A stretch of DNA of 64,000 nt, from assembly GCF_009914755.1 (NCBI RefSeq), contig NC_060928.1. The stretch is one strand, 5' to 3'. Positions 38,895 to 51,755 of the stretch are shown piece after piece. The notes below the pieces were generated by a model. The model was not told the DNA's origin. It searched no databases and saw nothing but the letters and a program-made list of their open reading frames with translations. Within the stretch, counting starts at the first letter, position 1, and the number at the start of each line of letters is the position of its first letter. The translations under genes were made by a program, and so were the position numbers. This DNA comes from the human T2T-CHM13v2.0 reference genome, Homo sapiens.

Positions 38895-39405
38895 AATATA
38901 AATCATTCTATTACAAAGATATATGCACATGTATGTTCATTGCAGCACTATTCACAACAGCAAAGAAATGGAACCAACCCAAATGCACATCAATGATAAA
39001 CTGGATAAAGAAAATGTGGTACATATACTCCATGGAATACTATGCAGCCATAAAAAGGAATGAGATCATGTGCTTTGCAGGTACATGGATGGAGCTGGAA
39101 GACATCATCCTCAGAAAACTAATGCAGGAACAGAAAACTGAACACTGCATATTCTCACTTATAAGTGAGAACTAAACAATGAGAACACATGGACACAGGG
39201 AGGGGAACAACACACACTGGGGCCTGTTGGGGGTGAATGGGAGGAGGGGGAGCATTAGGATAAATAGCTAATGCATGCTGGGCTGAATACCTCGGTGATG
39301 GGTTGATAGGTGCAGCAAACCATAATGGCACACATTTACCTATGTAACAAACCTACACATCCTACATATGTACCCCAGAACTTAAAATAAAAAAAATTTA
39401 AAAAA
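38895..39405 (+). mobile_element. 5'-truncated L1PA (about PA12-15) 3' end
   Basis: ORF 38882-39175 is the ORF2 C-terminus (CMFIAALFT...WNQPKC...EYYAAIK); 3'UTR and A tail; target-site duplication agaagaaaat. Confidence 0.92.
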
Positions 39406-39474
39406 GAAGAAAATTTAGGAGCAAATCTTTATAACTTTGGGTTAGGAGAATATTTCATAGAAAAACAAAAAAAC

Positions 39475-39800
39475 GGCCAGGCGTGGCATCTTACGCCTGT
39501 AATCCCAGCACATTGGGAGGCCGAGGTGGGTGGATCAACTCAAGGTCAGGAGTTCGAGACCAGCCTGGCCAATATAGTGAAACCCTGTCTCTACTAAAAA
39601 AATACAAAAATTAGCTGAGCATGCTGGCGGGCACCTGAAATCCCAGCTACTCAGGTGGCTGAGGCAGGAGAATTGCTTGAAGCTGGGAGGCGGAGGTTGC
39701 GGTGAGCTAAGATGGCACCACTGCACTCCAGCCTGGGCAACAAGAGCAAAACTCCATCTCAAAAATAAATAAATAAATAAATAATAAATAAAAAATAGAA
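39475..39800 (+). mobile_element. AluSq/Sp-like
   Basis: gggcaacaagagcaaaactcc; (TAAA)n tail. Confidence 0.95.
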
Positions 39801-40309
39801 AGGAAAACAAAAAAGCACAAAGTATAAAGGAAAAGGTGAGTAAATTTGAGTATATTAAAGTGAAAAAATTTTAATCTAAGCTAGCATAAATTTAAAAGAC
39901 AAGTCACAGACTAGGTGAAGATATTTAAGACATATATGTTACAAAGGTTTAACCTCCAGAATTTATAAAGAACTCCTACATACCTGTAAGAAAAGACAAA
40001 CACTTCAATAGGATAATGGATAAAGAAAATAAATAGTCGTCCACAGAACAGGAAATGTGGCCAAGAGACTTAAGAAAAAGAGGTCAAGCTCACTAGCAAT
40101 CAGGGAAATGCAAAATAAAACAGTAATGAAATACCCTTTCAGAGTTATCAGATTTGGAGGAAAAAAAAACCATAACTCCAAAATGCAGGAGTTGGTGTGG
40201 AGGCTTGGTTTAACTCCCATAATATTGTTAAGGATGGAAGTAGGAGGTATAGCCACCAGTTCAATTTATTTGGAAAGCTATGTAGCAGTGTTTGGTGTAT
40301 TTGAAATAT

Positions 40310-40775
40310 GCCTTATCTTTGTCCAGGTTCCCTAGAGACTGATTCTGAAATGAGAATCTGTGCTTTATTAAGTGATCTCAGGGGAGGCTAGTAAAAGTGC
40401 AAGAAAGCAGGACAGGGAAGGGGACTAAGACAACTAACAGTGAGATCTCAGGCAAAGTCCTGTAGAGTTGTCTTCACCCTGATCCCAGATGGGAGCTCTG
40501 CAGTGAAAATTACTCCTCAAAATTGTTCAGAATAGAAGCAGGGGAGTTTTATCTTTCTTTCCTTCCACCTGCCCCCCAGTTACCGGTCAAGAGCAGATGA
40601 GATGGATGAGCAAATGCTTCATATTTCAGGGTCTGCCTACAGGCAGAGAAAAGATTCAGATGCTCTGTATAAGATTTCATTTCTAACATCTGGGATTGAG
40701 GGATAACATAATAAATGGTGAAAAAGACTTGGGTAAAACATGAACAGTGTTAACAGTGTAATACATGTCTACACC
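40310..40775 (-). mobile_element. LTR16-like ERVL LTR
   Basis: ggttccctaga...ctgaaatgag...gcaggacagggaagggg...tctcaggcaaagtcc...ctgatcccagatgggagctctg. Confidence 0.6.
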
Positions 40776-41225
40776 ACAGTCCAGCAATTCAACTTTCAGG
40801 TATATACACAATAAATCCTTGCTCATTGTACACCGTACGGTTTTCTATAATGGCTGTACCAATTTACATTTTCATCAACAGTGTGCAAAGATTCCCTTTT
40901 CTTCTAAACCTTGGAATGCTTGTTATTTCTTGTCCTTCCAATAGTAGCCATTCTAACAGGTGTGAGGTGATATCTTGTAATGGTTTTGATTTGCATTTCT
41001 CTGATGATTAGTGTTGCTGAGCACTGTTTCATATACATGTTGGCCATTTGGAACAATGTCTATTCAGGTTCTTTGCACACTTTTAATTGTTATTGATTGA
41101 TTGCTATTTAGTTGTGTGAGTTTCTTACATATTTTGGATATTAACCCCTTATAAAGTATATGGCTTGCAAATATTTTCACCTATTCTATGGGTTGCCTTT
41201 TCATTTTGTTGATTGTTTCCTTTGC

Positions 41226-41274
41226 TGTGCAGAAGCTTTTTAGTTTGTTGTGCAGAAGCTTTTTAGTTTGTTGT
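41226..41274. repeat. Perfect 23-bp tandem duplication
   Basis: tgtgcagaagctttttagtttgt x2 plus tgt. Confidence 0.95.
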
Positions 41275-43179
41275 AATCCCATTTGTCTATTTTTGCTTTA
41301 ATCGCCTGTGCTTTTGGGTTCATATCCAAAAAGTCATTGCCAAAATTAAATGTTAACTTTTTTTCCCTATGTTTTCTCCCACGAGTTTTATGGTTTCAGA
41401 TCTTACATTTAAGTCTTTAATCCATTTTAATTAATTTTTGTGTATGGTATAAGAAAAACATCCAACTTCACTCCTTTGTACGTGGATATTCAGTTTTCCC
41501 TACTAAATTCTTTATTGTAACTCTTATTTCCCCATTGTGTATTCTTGATGTCTTTGTCAAAGATTGGTTGATCAGATATGCATGGGTTTATTTCTGAGCT
41601 CTCTATTCTGTACCATTGGTTTATGCGTCTGTTTTTATGTCAGTACTCTATTGCTTACATTACCATAATTGTAATATAGTTTGAAATCAGGGTATGTGAT
41701 GTCTCTAACATTGTTTTAGTTCTCAAAATTGCTTAGACTATCTTCGTTCTTTTTTGGTTTCATATGAATTTTAGGATTGCTTTTTCTATTTCTGTGTAAA
41801 ATGCCGTTGGAATTTTGATAGTGATTTCATTGAATCTGTAGATTGTTTTGAGTAGTATGGATATTTTAACAGTATTAATTCCAATCCATGAACATGGGCA
41901 TTTATTCTCCCAATTCATAAACATGGCAAAGCTTTCCATTTATTTGCATCATCAATTTCTTTCATGAGTGTTTTGTAATTTTCAATGTACAGATCTTTCA
42001 CCCCCTCGGTATTTTATTCTTTTTGATGCTATTGTAAATGGGGTTATTTTTAAAATTTCTTTTATGGATAGTTCACTGTTAGTATATAGAAATGCAACTG
42101 ATTTTTATATGTTTATTTTGTATTCTGTAACTTTTCTGAATTTGTTTATTAGGGTTTTTTCCCCTATATTCAGTCAATGTGGATGTTTATTAGTTTTAAT
42201 AGATTTTTTGGCAGAGTCTTTAGGGTTTTCTATACATAAAATCATGTGATCTACAGAGATAATTTACTTCTTCCTTTCCAATTTGGTTGCCTTTTATTTC
42301 TTTCTCTTGCTTAATTGCTCTGGCTAGGAATTTCAGTACTATGTTGAATAGAAGTGGCGAGAGTGGGCAGCATCTGTCTTTTTCCTGATCTTAAAGGAAA
42401 GCTTTCATCTTTTCACCACTGAGTATGATATTCCCTGTGGGCTTGTCATATATGGCCTTTATTATGTTGAGATACATTTTTTCTATACCTAATTTGTTGA
42501 GGTTTTATCATGAAAGGATATTGAATTTTGTCAAACACTTTACCTGCATCAATTGAGCTGATCATATGATTTTTGTTCTTCGTTGGGTTAATATGGTATA
42601 TCACATTAATTGATTTGATTTGTGCATGTTGAAACATCCTTGTATCTCAGGCAAAAGTCTCAATTAATAATGGTGTATGATTCTTTTCATGTGATTTTTA
42701 AATTTCATTTGCTTGCAGTTTTTTTGAGGATTTTTGCATCTATGTCCATTAGGAATAGTTGCCTGTGATTTTCTGTTCTTATCCTTACCTGGCTTTGATA
42801 TAATCATTCTGGCCTCATAAAATGTGTTTAGAAGTGTTCTCTTCACTTTGATTTTTTTTTGGAAGAGGTTGAAAAAGATTGGCATTAATTCTTCTTCAAA
42901 TGTTTGGGAGAATTTATCCATGAAGCCATCTGATTCTACCTTTGTTTACGGTTGGGAGGTTTTTGATTACTGATCTAATATTTTTGTTATCTACCTGTTC
43001 AGATTTTCTATTTCTTTATGACTTATTCTTGGTAAATTATGTGTCTAGGGATTTATCAATTTCTTCGAGGTTATCTAATTTGTTAGTATATAATTTTTCA
43101 TAGTTATCTCTTATGATCCTTTATATTTCTGTGGTATCAGTTGTAATGCCTCCTTTTTCATTTATAATTGCATTTATTT

Positions 43180-46100
43180 TTTATTTTTAAATTTTGTGGG
43201 TACATAGTAGGTGTATATATTTATGGGGTACATGAGGTGTTTTGATATAGACATGCAATGTAAAATAAGCACATCAGACTTCTGAGAAGTGTCTATTCAA
43301 ATCTTTTGCTCATTTTTTTATTGGATTATGTATTTTTTCCTATAGAATTGTTTGAGCTCCTTATATATTCTGGTTATTAATCCTTTGTCAGATTGGTAGT
43401 TTGCAAATATTTTCTCCCATTATATGGGTTTTCTCCTCATTTTGTTGATTGTATCCTTTGCTATGTAGTAGCTTTTTAACTTCATGTGATTTGTCCATGA
43501 TTGCTTTAGTTGCTTGTGCATGTAGGGTATTGCTCAAGAAACTTATGGCCAGATCGATGTCCTGGAGATTTTCCCCAATGTTTTTTTCATAGTAGTTTTT
43601 GAGGTCTTAGATCTAAGCCCTTTAATCAATTTTGATTTGATTTTTGTATATGGCAAGAGATGGTGGCCTAGTTTCATTTTTCTGCATATGGATACCTAGT
43701 TTTCTGGGCACCATTTATGGGGAAGACTGTCTTTTCCCAGGATATGTTCTCGGCACCTTCAACAAAAGTGATTTTTCTACAGGTGTGTGCATTTGTTTCT
43801 GAGTTTTTTTAATTCTGTTCTATTGGTCTATGTGTCTGTTTTTATGCCAGCAACATGCCGTTTGGGTTACTATAGCTCTGTAGTATAATTTGAAGTCAAG
43901 TGATGTTATTTTTCCAGTTTTGTACTTTCTGCTTAAAATAGCTCTAGGTATTCTATGCCTTTTGTGGTTCCATATAAATTTTAGGATTTTTTTTTCTCCT
44001 TTGTGAATAATGCAATTGGTATTTTGATAGGAATTGCATTGAATCTGTGGATTGCTATGGGTAGTATGAACATTTTAACAATATTGATGCTTCCAATCTG
44101 TGAACGTGGAATATTTTTCCATTTTTTGTTGTCCTCTTCAATTTCTTTCATTGGTGTTTTATAGTTGTCATAGAGATCTTTCACTTCCTTGATTAATTCC
44201 TAGGTATTTAATTTTATATGTAGCTATTGTAAATAGTATTCGTTTTGTATTTCTTTTTCATGTTTTTCACTGTTGGCATATAGAAATGCAATTGGTTTTT
44301 GTATGTTAATTTTGGTATCCTACAACTTTACAGAATTTGTCAATTCTAATAGTTTTCTTGTGGAGTCTTTAGGTTTTTCCAAATATAAGATGATATCATC
44401 TGAAAAAGAGGATAATTTGACTTCTTTCTTTCTAATTTGGATGCCCTTTATATCTTTCTCTTGTCAGATTGCTCTAGCTAGGACTTTCAGTACTATGTTG
44501 AATAACAGTGGTGACAATGGGCATCCCTGTCATGTTCCAGATCTTAGAAAAAAGGCTTTCAGTTTTTCCTCCTTTAGTATGATACCAGCTATGTGTTTGT
44601 TGTATATGGCTTGTATTATGTTGAGATACGTTCCTTCTATGTCCAGTTTTTTGAGGGTTTTTAATCATGAAGTGATGTTGAATTTTATTAAATACTTTTT
44701 CAGCATCAATTGAAATAATCATATAGTTTTTGTTTTTCATTCTCTTGACATGCTATATCACATTAATTGATTTGCATACATTGAACCACCCTTGCATCCC
44801 AGGGATAAATCCCACTTGATCATGATGAACGATTTTTCTAATGTATTGTTGAATGTGGTTTGCTAGTATTTTGTTGAAGATTTTTGCATCCATATTCATC
44901 GGAGATATTGGCCTGTAGTTTTATTTTTTTAATGTGTGTTTGGTTTTGGTATCAGGCTGATACTGGCCTCAGAGAATGAGTTTGAAAGTATTCCCTCCTC
45001 CTCTATTTTTCAGATTAGTTTGATAAAGATTGGTAGTTTTTCTTTAAATGCTTTGGTAGAATGCAGCAGTGAAGCCATAAGGTCCCAGACTACTCTTTAC
45101 TGGGAGACTTTTTATTATGGCTTCAATCCTTTTACATGTTATTAGTCTAATCAGGTTTTGGATTTCTTCCTACTTCAATCTTAGTAGGTTGTATGTGTCT
45201 AGGAATTTGTCCACTTCTAGATTTTTCCAATTCATTGGCATATAGTTTTTCACAGTAGCTACTAATGATCTTTTGAATTTCTGTAGTCTCAGTTGTAATG
45301 TGTCGTTTTTTATTTCTGATTTTATTTATTTGTATCTTCTCTCTTCTTTTTTTAGCCTGGAATTTTTGAGCTCCAGGATTTTCACTTGATTCTTTTTTAA
45401 TAATTTTAATCTCTTTGTTAAATTTATCTAATATAATTCTGGATTCCTTGTCTGTGTTACTTGAATTTCTTTGAGTTTCTTCAACATGGCTATTTTGAAT
45501 TCTCTGTCTGAAAGGTTACATTTCTCCAGGATTGGTCCCTGGTACCTTATCTATTTCATTTAGTAAGGTCATGTTTTCTTGGATGGTGTTGACACTGGTA
45601 GATGTTCTTCAGTGTCTAGACATTGAAGTGTTCAGTATTTATTGTTTCTGATTTCGGGAGCACCCTGAGACCAGTAACACTGTGGTCCTTGCAGACTTGT
45701 GGAGGTACCACCTTCATGGTCTTGGACATGATCCAGGAGAATTCTCTGGATTACCAGGCAGAGACTCTTGTTCTCTTCCCTTACTTTCTCTCAAGCAAAT
45801 AGTCCCTCTATGCTCTGAGACACCTAAAGCTGGGGGTTAAGTGACACAACAACCCCTGTGGCTGCCACCACTATGAATGTGTTGGGTCAGACCTGAAGCT
45901 AGTATGGCACTGGGTTTCACCCAAGGCCTACTGTAGCCACTCTCTGGCTACTGCCTATGTATACTCAAGACCCCAGGGCTCCACAATCAGCAGTTGGAAA
46001 ATCTAGCCATGCTTGTGTCCTTTTCTTCAGGGCAGCAAGGTCCCGGGGGCCCCAGGTGGGTCCAGAGTGCCATCTGAGAGTTAGGGACTAGTGTCAAAAC

Positions 46101-47540
46101 CCTTAGAAATCTACCTGGTGTTCTATTGTATTGCAGCTGAGCTGGCACTCAAACCACAAGAATCAGTCTCCCCACTCTTCCCTCTCCTTTCCAAAAGCAA
46201 AGAAGCTTCACTCCATAGCCGCCACCACCTCAGGCCATGAAGAGTACTACCAGACTACCACTGATATTCTCTTAAGGCCCAAGGGCTCTGAAATCAGCTT
46301 GTGGTGAATGTTGCTTGGTCTGGAACTCAATCATCAGGGAAATGGGCCCCCCTCCAGCCCAGGGCAGGTCCAGAAATGCCATCCAAGTGTCAAATCCTGG
46401 AATCAGGGGGTCCCAAGAGCCCTCTTGTTATTCTACCCACCTGTTGCTGTGCTGGTACCTAAGGTGCAAGATAAAAGTATGTACCCTTTACTTTTCCTTC
46501 TCCTTTTCTCAAGCAGAAGGAGTGTTGCCCCATTGACACCACAGCTGATAAAGTGCTGAGTCTCACCTGAAGCCAGCAAGTCTCAGAAGCTCACTCAAAG
46601 CCCCCTACATAGTACCTGGGTATCACTGAAAGAGCTCTTCAGTTAACAGGTAATGAATGCTGCCAGAACTGGATTCTTTCCTTCAAGGCAGCAGGTTCCC
46701 TTCTGGCCCAGAGTGTGTCTGGAAATATTGTCTGTGAGCTAGAGCCTGGGACTGGGGCCTAATAACTTTGACTGGTGACCTATTGTGCTGTGGCTGAGCT
46801 TGTATCCCAGATGCAAGACAAAGTCCTCCCCACTTTTCCCTCTCCTCTCCTTAAGTGGAGGGAAGGGGTCTCTTTTGGAGCCACGAGATTAGCCGTGCAT
46901 CCTGGGGTTAGGGGAGATGTGATGCCAGTACTCCCTTGGCTTCCCCAGCTGGTGTCTCAGTATGTCATGTGCCCCTCCTCCAGTCCACTGTCTCTGGGCC
47001 TAGTTCAGCACTAGGACTAGCCTAAGACTTGAAGTACTTATGGCCTAGACTGCCTTTCAAGTTTAGTTAGCAACTGAACACACTTTGGCCCTTGGTGGCA
47101 AGGTTTGCAAGGAACTCAAGTTTGGACCACTGGGATCAGTAAATCACCTCTGGTTAGGACTGGTTTAAGTGCTCCCTCCGTGAGTGAGTGTCAGTTGAGT
47201 TTGGTCTGGTTTTCCTTTCTGCTCTAATGAACAGCACTGAGTTAAATGCCTCACAGTTGCTGTGTCCTCCTTCCCCCGGTGCCTAGAGAGGCTCTTTGCA
47301 CCATGCCGCCACTGCTGGAGTGTGTGAGAGGGGTGGTGTTGGCGATTCCAGACTGTTTTTTCTATCTCTTTATTGCTTCTTTCAGTGATATGCAGTTAAA
47401 ACCAGGTACTCTAAGTGCTTACTTGATTTTTGTTTTTTATGAAGGTGTTCTTTCTGCGTAGATAGTTGTTAAGTTGGTGTTCTTAAAAGGGGGACAATCA
47501 GTGGAGCCTTCTATTCCACCATCTTGCTCCACCTCCTAAT
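43180..47540 (-). mobile_element. L1MA2-like element with both termini and two large internal deletions
   Basis: 3' end gtgggtacatagtaggtgtatatatttatgggg; 5' end ccatcttgctccacctcc; target-site duplication tata(a/g)ttgcatttattt at 43163-43179 and 47543-47559; junctions near 43278 and 45360. Confidence 0.88.
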
Positions 47541-48325
47541 TCTATAGTTGCATTTATTTAAGTCCACTCTTATTTTCTTGGTTGTCTAGCTGTTTCTCAA
47601 TTTTGTTTATCTTTATAAAAGACCAACTCTCATTTTTATTGATATTTTCTATCATATTTCTAGTCTCTATTTCATTTATTTCTGCTCAATTTTTTTTATT
47701 GTTTTCTTGTTTCCACTACTTTTGGACTTAGTTTTTTCTTCTTTTTCTAGTTCCTTAAGATGTGAAGTTATATTGTTTATTTTGGATCTTTCTTTTTCTC
47801 TTAATGTAGGCATTTATTGCTATAAACTTCTTCCTTAGTGCTGCTTTTGCTGCATCCTAAAAGTTTTGATATGTTGTGTTCCTAATTTCATTTGTCTCCA
47901 GATACTGTCTTATTTCTCTTTTGATTTCTTCTTTGCCACATTGGTGTTTGGGAGTGGGTTTTTAAATTTTCACGTATTTGTGAATTTTCCAAGATTTATC
48001 CTGTTATCAATTTCTAGTTTTATACCATTGAGATCAGAAAAATTAACTGAGATGATTTCAATCTTAAATTTGTTAAGACTTGTTTTGTGTCCAAACATAT
48101 GACCTATCCTGGAGAATGTTACATGTGCCCTTGAGAAGAAGAATATGTATTCCACTGCTGTGGACAAAATGTTCTATGTATGCCTGTCAGGTACATTTCA
48201 TCTATATTGTTATTTATGTCAGCTGTTTCTTTATTAATTTTCTGTTTGGATGATCTGTTGAAAGTGGGTTATTGAAGTTTGCTACTATTATTGTTTTGCT
48301 GTCTGTTCCCTTCAGTTCTGTTAAT

Positions 48326-48701
48326 ATAGTTGTCCCTTGATATCTATGGGGGATTGGGTTCTAGAGCCCTTGCAGACACCAAAATTTATCATACTAAAAA
48401 TTTATGATATATAATTACTTTATATAAAATAGTGCAATATTTGCATACAATCTGTGCATATCCAACTGTATACTTTAAATATTCTCTAGATTACTTTTAC
48501 TACCTAATACAATACAAGTACCATGTAAATTGTTGTTAGACTGTCTTGTTTAGAAAATCTTTAAAGGAAAAATATTTTTTTGGACACTACCTTTTATACT
48601 TGTGGGTTCCACATCCTTGGATTCAACCAATCATGGGTTGTTGATCCGCAGTTTGTTGAATTCACAGATGTGGAACCCATGGATATAGGTGGTTAATTAT
48701 A
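48326..48701. mobile_element. MER2 MITE with an inverted duplication of its end
   Basis: agttgtcccttgatatctatgggggattgg...tctctagattact...gatgtggaacccatggata. Confidence 0.85.
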
Positions 48702-51654
48702 CCTGCTTTACATATTTAGATTTTCTGATGTTGGGTGCATATATATTTATAATTGTTATATCTTCTTGATGAATTGACCCCTTTATCATCATCTAAAGAC
48801 TTTATCTTGTCTCTTTTGACTAATTTTGTTTGAAAGACTATATATATAGCCACCTCTGTTCTCTTTTGTTACTATTTGCCTGCAATATCTTTTCCCATCT
48901 CTTCACTTTCAGCCTACGTGTATAACTAATGTAAAATTATTTTCCTGTGTACAGCATATTGTCGGATATTGTCTTTTCCTCTTACCCATTCAGCTTCTCT
49001 GAGTCTTTTGATTGGAGCAATAAATGCATTTACATTTATTGTAATTATTGATAGGTAGAGACTTACTTCTGCCATGTTGTTAGCTGTCTTTTGACTATTT
49101 GGTAGTTTTTTTTTTTTTTTTGTCTTTTTCTTCTTCTCTTGTTGCCTTCCTTTGTAATTTGATATTTTTTTGTAATGGTATGCTTTGATTTTTTTTTATT
49201 ATTTTGCATCTACTAGAGAATTTTTTTGTGATTACCATGGGGCTTAAATAAAATGTGTTATAATTTTCTATTTTAAACTGATATCTCAATCATATGCAAA
49301 AATCTTATACTTTTGTTCCCCACCCCTATTTTTTGCTATTGATGTTATACTCTATACTTTTTAGATTGTGTATGCATTAACAAATTATTGTAGCTATGGT
49401 TATTTTTTAATATGTTTGTCTTTTACTTTTATACTGGAGTTAAAATGATTTACCATCACCATTATAGTATGATAACATTCTGAATTTGACTATGTATTTT
49501 CTTTGAGCATTATGAATACAACATTCTCCTCTCTCTTGGCTTGTGAGGTTTCTGTTAACAGTCTTCTGGTGATAGCTACCTTACAGATATTTCCTAAGAT
49601 ATGAGGGAAGTTTCTTTTCTCTTGTTCCTTTCAAAGTCCTCTTTCTTTGGCATTGACAGTTTGATCTCATTGTGTCAGAGTATTCTTTTTTCATGGGTTC
49701 TGCTTTGAATCTTTTGAACTTATAAATCTGGGTGTCCATATTCCTTCAAGATTGGGGTTTTCAGCCAGTATTTCTTTAAATAAACTTTTTCTTCATTGTT
49801 GCTCTTATTCTGGGACTTCTATAATTAATCTATTCATGTGCTTGATGGTTCCCTTTATGCTTTATTCAGTTTTTTAAAATTCCTTTTTAGTTTTGTTCCT
49901 ACAATCGGCTAACTTCAAATAATCTGCTTTCAAGTTTGCCAATTCTATTTTCTGCATGATTAAGTGTGCTGTTAAATCTATTGAATTTTTTAGTTCTGTC
50001 ATTGTATTCTTTAGCTCCTGGATTTCTAATTGGGTTTTTAAAAATTATTTCTAGTTCTTTATTAAATTTTGATTTTTTTCATGCATTGTTTTCCTATTTT
50101 TGTTTAGTTGCGTTTTTCTCACATCTCATTTAACTCTTTTAAAATGATTGTGTTGAATTCTTTTTCAGGCATTTTATCAATCTCTCTTTCCTTTGGTGTC
50201 CATTATTGGAACTTTATTAGTTTCTTTTGGTGGTGTCATGTTTGTCTGGTTCTTTTTCACTCACATAGCCTTGAGTTGGTGTCTGTGTATTTGAAGGAGC
50301 AAACATCTCTTCCAGTCTTAAAGACTGCTGTTGACTGGTAAAGGCTTTCCCCTCTCGAATCCCCAGGAACATGAGATTCCCTCTGGGATTGTAGTCAAGT
50401 GGGGTTGGAGCTGGGCCACATGACTGCTGCTGGGTTCACAAGTGGCAGGCTTGTTACCACAAGTGGGCACAGAACCTGCCTGGTCCCTGTACGGACTGGG
50501 TTGACTCCAGGACCTTGGTCATTAGGGCTGGTGCTAACATAATGCTCTACTTCAGGATTTGCAGATGGTGGGTCAACTATCAGGTATGTGGTCTGTTGTG
50601 GTCTCCTCTGGGTTCCTAGGAGCTCTGGTTGTGTCACTGCGTGTGTCCTTGGGCAGGCTGTACTGAACCTAGACTGTGGCTAAGAGGGATTGGAACTGAG
50701 TCACAGGGCTGCTTCAGGGTCCACAGCTGAAACTAAGGTCTACAGGTCTGCTTCTGGGGGCATGGACTTTCATATATCCCTCAGTGAGCAGAATTGTTCT
50801 CAGACTGCAGTGGAGAGGGTCTGGAGCCAAGTTTCAGGGCTGTTTTCTCCTCCATATCTGAGACTGAGATTGGCAAACCTGTTACTAAAGGCACAAGTGG
50901 GCATAACTCCTCCTAGGTCCTTTAGCAGACAGTTCTAAAAGCAGGATCAAGGCCAAATGGGTCTGTGGCATAGTCCACAGGAGGATGGGGTCATTTCTGT
51001 ATCTAGAGCTGGGACCACAATTAATGAGCCTCCCATCTGAGTACAGTTCTGCCTTCTCAGAACAGCCCTATTAGTTCTTAGGCTCCACTGGGTTTTCGCA
51101 GTCTCCAACATGAATCCCAAAGCTCGCACAAAGGCACTTTGTCGCTCGGTAGCTGCCAAATTATTGTTGCTGGTGAGAATATAAGTGGAGGTCTCCTATT
51201 TCACCATTTTTCTCACAGGATATATTTAAATAATGCACTCAATTCTGGTTAGACCTCAACTAGTTAGTATTTGGCTTGGAGTGACCCAAAATAGACACAC
51301 AAAGCTGTTATTCCCTGAAATGGCCTTTGTTTCCAATGCTTCTCATTTTGTGGTTGCACTTAGTGCAATTCTAATGTTTAAAGCTAAATAGTTGCTGTTT
51401 CAACAGAGCTGTCAAATGCAAGCCAACTACTTCATCTTGTCTTCAAGTGAGCAAAAGCCATCTTTTTCAACACTGGAGAAGAATCTGGCTCTGCTGGACT
51501 TAATTAAATATGTAAACCAAAATAGCAGTTTTTAAGAGAATTTTTAAAAGATCGACATGACTTTTGTCTTATAGTCTGAATAAAGTCTAACCATTCAGTG
51601 TGTCCCACTAGTATTATTTTCCCTATTCCTAAAATGCTGAAACCAACATCCATA

Positions 51655-51755
51655 AAGGATAATCCGCTTTCTCAAGGTCACACAGGAGATAAGGGCTGAG
51701 TTGGGTTGAGCTAGAAATTAAATTCGCATCCCTCTCTTCAAAACTCTGCTCTTAC
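51655..51755 (-). mobile_element. MIR fragment
   Basis: tctcaaggtcacacag...gagctagaaattaaa. Confidence 0.55.

Larger units (their letters stand above)
40830..51215 (-). mobile_element. Old L1M (L1MA/L1MB-age) host element with 5'UTR, lacking its 3' end; split by the L1MA2-like copy and MER2
   Basis: Antisense ORF2 text 40830-43179 resumes at 47560; ORF1 remnant ~49500-50330; GC-richer 5'UTR to ~51215. Confidence 0.8.
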
